Made by a program: the position numbers and the translations under genes. DNA of 64,000 bases from Scenedesmus sp. PABB004. Taxonomy: Eukaryota. Under the pieces are notes generated by a model, which did no database searches, was not told the origin of the DNA, and saw only the letters and a program-made list of their open reading frames with translations. Below, piece by piece: positions 58,877 through 64,000 of this stretch. The stretch is taken from the NCBI GenBank assembly GCA_014905635.1, contig JABVCE010000049.1, positions 1 to 64,000 of the forward strand. Reading direction: 5' to 3'. Numbering within the stretch: position 1 is the first letter of the stretch; each line of letters starts with the position of its first letter.

Positions 58877-61800
58877 ATGATGGACTTTGAAAAATTTGGC
58901 GTTGAGCGATTCACCGGCTCCAACTACGTCACGTGGAGCACCAAGATTACCTTCTACCTCAAGCTCAAGGGCTTCTATGGCGCGCTCATCGACGCGCCGC
59001 CACCCGGCAACGACGCCGACGCCGCGCCCGCGCGCGACGCCGCGCGGGACGACAAGGCCCTCGCCGCCATCGTCCTCTCCGTCGACAACAAGATCTTGCC
59101 ACTCATCCAAACGTGCACCACCGCCAAGGAAGCGTGGGACAAGCTCGCCAACATGTACCACACCCAAAACACGGCAAGCATCGTGCGCTTCAAGCGCGAG
59201 TTGAGCACGCTCGCCAAGGGCAACACCGAGACCATCACGGTCTTTGCCGGCCGCGCGTACGCGCTCAAGGACAACCTCATCTCCGCCGGCGCCACGGTGG
59301 ACGACATGGACATCTCGCTCGCCATGCTCGACAAGCTCCCGAGCGCCTACGAGGTCACCAAGAAGATCGTCATGAGCAAGAAGCCCTTCCCCACGCTCGA
59401 GGAGGTCATCTCCGAGCTCTTGACCGTGGAGGCGCAAACCCCGGCCAACACCGAGAAGGCCTACTTTGCGACCGCGCCGCGGCCCAAGTTCAAGCCGCTC
59501 AACAAGACGTTCAACCCGCGCTTCAACAAGCCCTTCAACCCGCGCGCGCCCATGCTCGGCGCGTCGCGCTTCGTCAACCCGCCGCGCCCGTTCAACGGCG
59601 GCGGCTCGCCCGGCGGCAACCGGCCGCGCTTCGGCGCGCCCAAGGACGCCAAAGACGTGTGCTACTATTGCAAGAAGCCCGGCCACTTCATCGGTGAGTG
59701 CCGCGAGCGGGCCGCGGTCGAGGCGCGCAAGGGCACGCCCGACACCGAGCGGCGCGAGGTGGCGTGGACCGCCACCACGCTTGCTCCCGACTACGACAAC
59801 CCGGACTACGCGTGCACGTGGTTCATCGACTCGGGGGCCGAGCGCCACATCACCAACGACGCCGGCGACCTCAACAACCCCAAGCCGTGCTCGACCAAGG
59901 TCATCGTGGGCACCGGCGAGGTGGTCGCCGCCGAGCTCGAGGGCGACGCCATCTTGCACGAGTCCAACGTCATCTCGCGGCGCATCGTGCTCCGCCGCGT
60001 GCTCTACATCCCCGGCTTTGCGGCCAAGCTCGTCTCCATCAAGATGGCCAAGCTCGCCGGCGCCACGTTCATCATGGAGGGCAACAAGTGCGCCGTGCGC
60101 ATGGGCGGCGAGACGATCGTCACCGCCATCGACGCGCCCAACGGCATCCCGTGCATCGTGAGCAACACGCTCCGCGGCTCCCCGAGCCCGGCGCTCATTG
60201 CCAAAGAGGCGCCCGAGGTGTGGCACGCGCGCTTTGGCCACCTCGGCTACGCCAACCTCGAGCGCGCCGCCAAGCACGGCATGGTGACCGGCATGGACCT
60301 CACGATCACCGACTTCAAGGCGCTCCCCATGTGCGAGCCGTGCGTGATGGGCAAGACGACGCGCCTCACCTTCGGTGAGTCCGCGACGGTGTACGACACG
60401 CCGCTCGCGCTCGTGAGCATGGACGTGTGCGGCCCCATGACCGAGCTCTCTTACGGCGGCGCCAAGTACGCCGCGACCTTCATCGACCACGCGACGGGCT
60501 ACTCCATCGTGCGCACGCTCAAGAGCAAGGCCGACGTCACGCCGGCCGTCAAGGAGGTGCTCACCTACATGGAGAAGCAAACCGACGCCCACGTCAAGGC
60601 CGTCCGCACCGACAACGGCTCCGAGTACGTCAACGCCGACCTCTCCGGCTTCTTCAAGGACAAGGGCATCGCGCACCAAAAGACCATGCCCTACACGCCC
60701 GAGCAAAACGGCACCGCCGAGCGGCTCAACCGCACGCTCCTCAACAAGGTGCTCCCCATGATCTACGCCGCCGAGCTCCCGCCCGCGGCGTGGGGTGAGG
60801 CGATCATGACGGCCAACCACCTCCGCAACCTCTCTCCCGTGAGCGGCAAGCCCAAGACGCCGTTCGAGGCCTTCTTCGGCCGCAAGCCCGACGTGTCAAC
60901 GCTCCGCGTCTTTGGCGCCACGGCCTACGCCCACGTGCCCAAGGAGAAGAGGACCAAGCTCGAGCCGCACGCCGAGAAGGGCATCATGGTGGGCTACCCG
61001 GCCTTTGGCAAGGGCTACCGCATCCTCATGCCCGACGGCAACATCAAGTCGAGCCGCAACGTCGTCTTCGACGAGAGCAAGGTGCTCTCCAAGAGCTTCG
61101 CCAACTACAAGTCCCCGACACTCATCGACCCCGACATCACCCGCTACGCCGCCGAGAAGTTCCCGGCGGACGACGCCTTTGAGGACGAGCCCGACTCCGG
61201 CGCGCACGACGGCGCGCCGCCGAGCGGCTCCCCGCCGGGCACCCCGGGCGGCTCCCCGCCCGCGAGCCCCGGCGGCTCCCCGCCCTCGAGCCCGGGCGGC
61301 TCGCCGCCGCCCGCGCCGAGCCCGGCGCCCGAGAGCAACGACAACATGCCGGCGCCGATCGCCGGCGGCACCGACTCCACCACCGGCGGCACCATCACGC
61401 GCTCGGGACGCGTGTCGCGCAAGCCCGGTGAGTGGTGGAACGCCGCCGCCGCCGCGCACTACGCGGGGCAGATCTTGCCCGACCCGGCCACGCGCACCGA
61501 GGCGCTCGGCCGGCTCGACGCGTCCAAGTGGGACGACGCCATGAACGAGGAGATCGCCGCCCACGTGGCCAACAACACGTGGGAGCTCGACGTGCCGCCC
61601 GCCGGCGTCAAGATCATCCCGACCAAGTGGGTCCTCACGACCAAGACCGACCTCGCCGGCAACATCGAGCGCTACAAGGGCCGCATCGTCGCCAAGGGCT
61701 TCCACCAGATCGAGGGCATCGACTACGACGAGGTCTTCGCCCCCGTCGGCAAGTACGCCACGCTGCGCGCGGTGCTCGCGCTCGCCGCTGCGCACGACTA

Positions 61801-63007
61801 CGAGATCATCCAAATTGACATTAAGAACGCCTTCCTCCAAGGCAACCTCGAGGAGGAGGTGTGGATCAGCCAGCCCGAGGGCTACGACGACGGCTCCGGC
61901 CGCGCGTGCCGCCTGATCAAGGCGCTCTACGGCCTCAAGCAGGCCCCGCGCGCGTGGCACTCGCGCCTGCACGAGGAGCTCACCAAGATGGGCTTCGCGC
62001 CGTCCAAGGCCGACGCATCGCTCTACGTAGGCACCTCCGGCGCGTACATCCTCATCTACGTCGACGACATCCTCATCATTGCGCGCAACCGCGCGCTCGC
62101 CGAGTCGGTCAAGGCGGAGCTCTTTGCCGCCTTCAAGACCCGCGACCTCGGCGAGGTGAGCCAGTACCTCGGCATGCACATCACGCGCGACCGCATCAAC
62201 AAGACCATCAAGATCACCAACGAGAAGATGGTGACCGAGCTCGTCTCCAAGTACGGGCTCGCCGACTGCGCGCCTCGCGACATCCCCGTGAGCCTCGGCA
62301 CCAAGCTCACCAAGGACAATGGCGACCCGCTCGACACCGTGGCCTACCCCTACACGTCGCTCGTGGGAGCGCTCCTCTACCTCTCCATCACGGTGCGCCC
62401 CGACATCGCCTTTGCGGTGAGCGCGTTGACGCGCTTCATGTCCTGCCCCACGACCGTGCACTAGGGCGTGGCCAAGGGCGTGCTCCGCTACCTGGCCGGC
62501 ACCACCAACATCGGCATCATCTACGGCGGCATCAAGGGCAGCCTGGACCTCAACGGCATGTGTGACTCGGACTACGCGGCCGACCTCGACACGCGCCGCT
62601 CGACCACCGGCTACGTCTTCACCCTCAACGGCGGCGCGATCACCTGGTCCAGCAAGAAGCAGCAGACCGTCGCGGCCTCCACCACCGAGGCCGAGTACAT
62701 GGCCGCCTCCGCTGCGGTCAAGGAGGCGCTCTGGCTGCGCAAGCTCATGAGCGACCTCAAGTTCAACATCGGCGCCATCGACATCCTCTCCGACAACCAG
62801 GGTGCGATCAAGCTGCTGCGCAACCCCGTGTCCTCGCAGCGCTCGAAGCACATTGACGTCGCGCACCACTTTGCGCGCGAGCGCGTGGCCCGCGGCGAGG
62901 TCACGTTCCACTACGTGCCCACGGCCGACAACATCGCCGACGCGCTCACCAAGCCGCTGGCGCTGTCCAAGTTTGTGGCGTGCCGCACCGGCATGGGCAT
63001 GGTGTGA
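58877..63007 (+). CDS. Copia gag-pol, unit 2, with in-frame TAG at 62462-62464
   Basis: As unit 1, with about 10 amino-acid differences and one extra SPGGSPPS repeat. Confidence 0.92.
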
Positions 63008-63027
63008 GTGTTGCGTCCGCGTGGGAG

Positions 63028-63381
63028 TGATGAGAGTGCGTGTTTTCGGCCGCACACTCACCCCATTGCGTGCATGGAGCCTAAAGGAAGCTACTCGGAA
63101 CATTGGGCCTTAGTTGGGCTCTTGTGGAAGGTGCTAACCGCGGTGGAAGCTGCTTACGGCGCAGCTACCGGCAGCCGCCGAGAAGCTGCGATTACCGATA
63201 CCGTTTCGGCTATATAGCTCCGTGCGCCCGCCCCGTTTGCCTAAGGAGTCTCTTCACCACGCACATGTAACCTTTGCTCCTTCACTCGTGTCTCCGTGCT
63301 CTCTCGTTGGCCAACCGCCGCTCTCCGCCGTTGTCGACTCGCTCCTCTAGCCGGCAACAACCGCGCCTACTCCGACCAAGA
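63028..63381 (+). repeat. LTR 3 (shared by units 2 and 3)
   Basis: Preceded by PPT, followed by PBS and a third leader. Confidence 0.92.
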
Positions 63382-64000
63382 GGTCATGAGCCCATCCCCG
63401 GTGCTCTAAAGGCATCGCGGAGGCTTCGCGCGCATCGCTTTGGCAACTCGACAACTCCGCGGAGCTCCGGAGGCCTCCGTCAAGCGGCCCAAAAAGAAGG
63501 CCCCAGATTCGATCCTGCGACCTCCACCGTCCTATTCGAGAGCCCTATTGTCTACTTGGCGCTTGGCAGAGGCCATCGCCCCTTGTCCGCGACTTTTCTT
63601 ACTTGAGTCGCCCTTGTCAAACGCAGTAAATCGCGCCGCGCTTGCTCGCGCGTGCTCGTTTGCGCTCCGTCGCGCTCCGTCGCGCTTCCCGCGCCGCGCT
63701 CGATCTACTCGGCGCCGCGCGCTCGACGTCGGCCCTTCTCGCGCCGACTTTGCCTCTTCTCACGCTCAAGGGCCTCGGCCCTTCGCCCGTCCGCCCGCCC
63801 GCGCCGCTCACAGGTGTACGTACGACCCGGCCGTGCGCATCGGTCATCAAGGCGGGCGTCCGTGCACCTTGGGCGTGCGTGTCTACACGGCGGCGTGACG
63901 TTGGAGGACATCCCTCGACCCGCGCCCCTACGACCCTCGGCGCCCTCGACCCTCGCGCCCCTACGACTCTCGGCGCCCTCGACCCTCGCGCCCCTACGAC

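Larger units (their letters stand above)
52156..64000 (+). mobile_element. Tandem array of Ty1/Copia family 2: LTR-internal-LTR-internal-LTR-internal (runs off the window)
   Basis: About 354-bp LTRs at 52156-52509, 57547-57900 and 63028-63381, each followed by PBS GGTCATGAGCCC; the second and third are preceded by PPT cgtgggag; unit lengths 5391 and 5481 bp. Confidence 0.96.

Noticed and set aside
53228..63103. Long antisense ORFs (711-735 aa) over the Copia units, also 43957-45576
   Set aside because: Shadow frames caused by strong C/G third-position bias; no motifs.

Overview
Eukaryotic, very GC-rich, intron-dense DNA, most consistent with a chlorophycean green alga (Sphaeropleales-like: short introns with GTGCG/GCGCG donors, TGTAA poly(A) signals). 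Four zones are visible. (1) 1-16.2 kb: a divergent inverted pair of genes for a secreted Cys-rich protein (DGxxNGxETxVDCGG repeats, a Ser-Pro hinge, about 14 EGF-like modules, and a C-terminal ricin-B-type lectin domain in the complete copy). The 5' 3.7 kb of the two copies are almost identical, while their promoters and 3' halves have diverged; the spacer holds ceramide-kinase debris. (2) 17.3-39.5 kb: compact housekeeping genes (ceramide kinase, NIPA/C3HC zinc finger, mitoferrin, RFC small subunit, exocyst SEC3, three hypothetical genes), with local segmental duplications and many GC-AG introns. (3) 39.65-47.9 kb: a stack of 5'-truncated L1-type LINE ends with outward-facing poly(A) tails, the longest interrupted by a recent Copia LTR element (TSD TCCTG). 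(4) 47.95-64 kb: about 24.4 copies of a 172-bp GC-rich satellite, interrupted by a head-to-tail array of at least 3 Copia units sharing LTRs; both complete units carry the same in-frame TAG. The right third looks like the edge of a centromeric or heterochromatic block (inference). Gene models were read by eye, so exon boundaries are provisional.
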